Source: Tubulanus polymorphus (taxonomy: Eukaryota > Animalia > Nemertea). Taken from it: 64,000 nucleotides of DNA. The notes beneath the pieces were generated by a model. The model was not told the origin of the DNA. It made no database searches and was given only the letters and a program-made list of their open reading frames with translations. Of the stretch, positions 63,991 through 64,000 are shown piece after piece; the first letter of the stretch is position 1, and every line of letters begins with the position of its first letter. The stretch is taken from assembly GCF_964204645.1 (NCBI RefSeq), contig NC_134027.1, positions 24,638,560-24,702,559 on the forward strand. The letters are read 5' to 3'. The position numbers and the translations under genes were made by a program.

Positions 63991-64000
63991 TTAACATTAT

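Overview
Eukaryotic, AT-rich, intron-dense genomic DNA from an invertebrate animal; a marine lophotrochozoan is my inference from gene content and repeat style. Spliced gene models were rebuilt by hand from GT-AG boundaries and checked for frame. They are NUDT16 (-), CTU2 (-), two tandem intronless FMRFamide-receptor-like GPCRs (+), amnionless AMN (-) head-to-head with PXK (+), BRK1 (-), a SULT1-like sulfotransferase (-), an RD3-like gene (+), and the last two exons of an SNX5/6/32-like BAR gene (-). Introns and intergenic DNA hold many MITEs (piggyBac-, Harbinger-, pogo-, P/hAT- and MULE-like) and MITE-derived tandem arrays. The most notable observations are: (1) a 110-bp perfect foldback carrying two minimal type-I hammerhead ribozymes, bracketed by a 13-bp direct repeat, downstream of PXK; (2) a spliced exon encoding a single-pass membrane micropeptide upstream of RD3-like; (3) a repeat array whose CCWGG sites are filled by different MITEs; (4) an AG|GTGAGT recursive-splice-type exon in PXK; (5) a GPCR pair with an identical core but divergent extracellular loops. 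No database searches were run; family assignments rest on recalled motifs.
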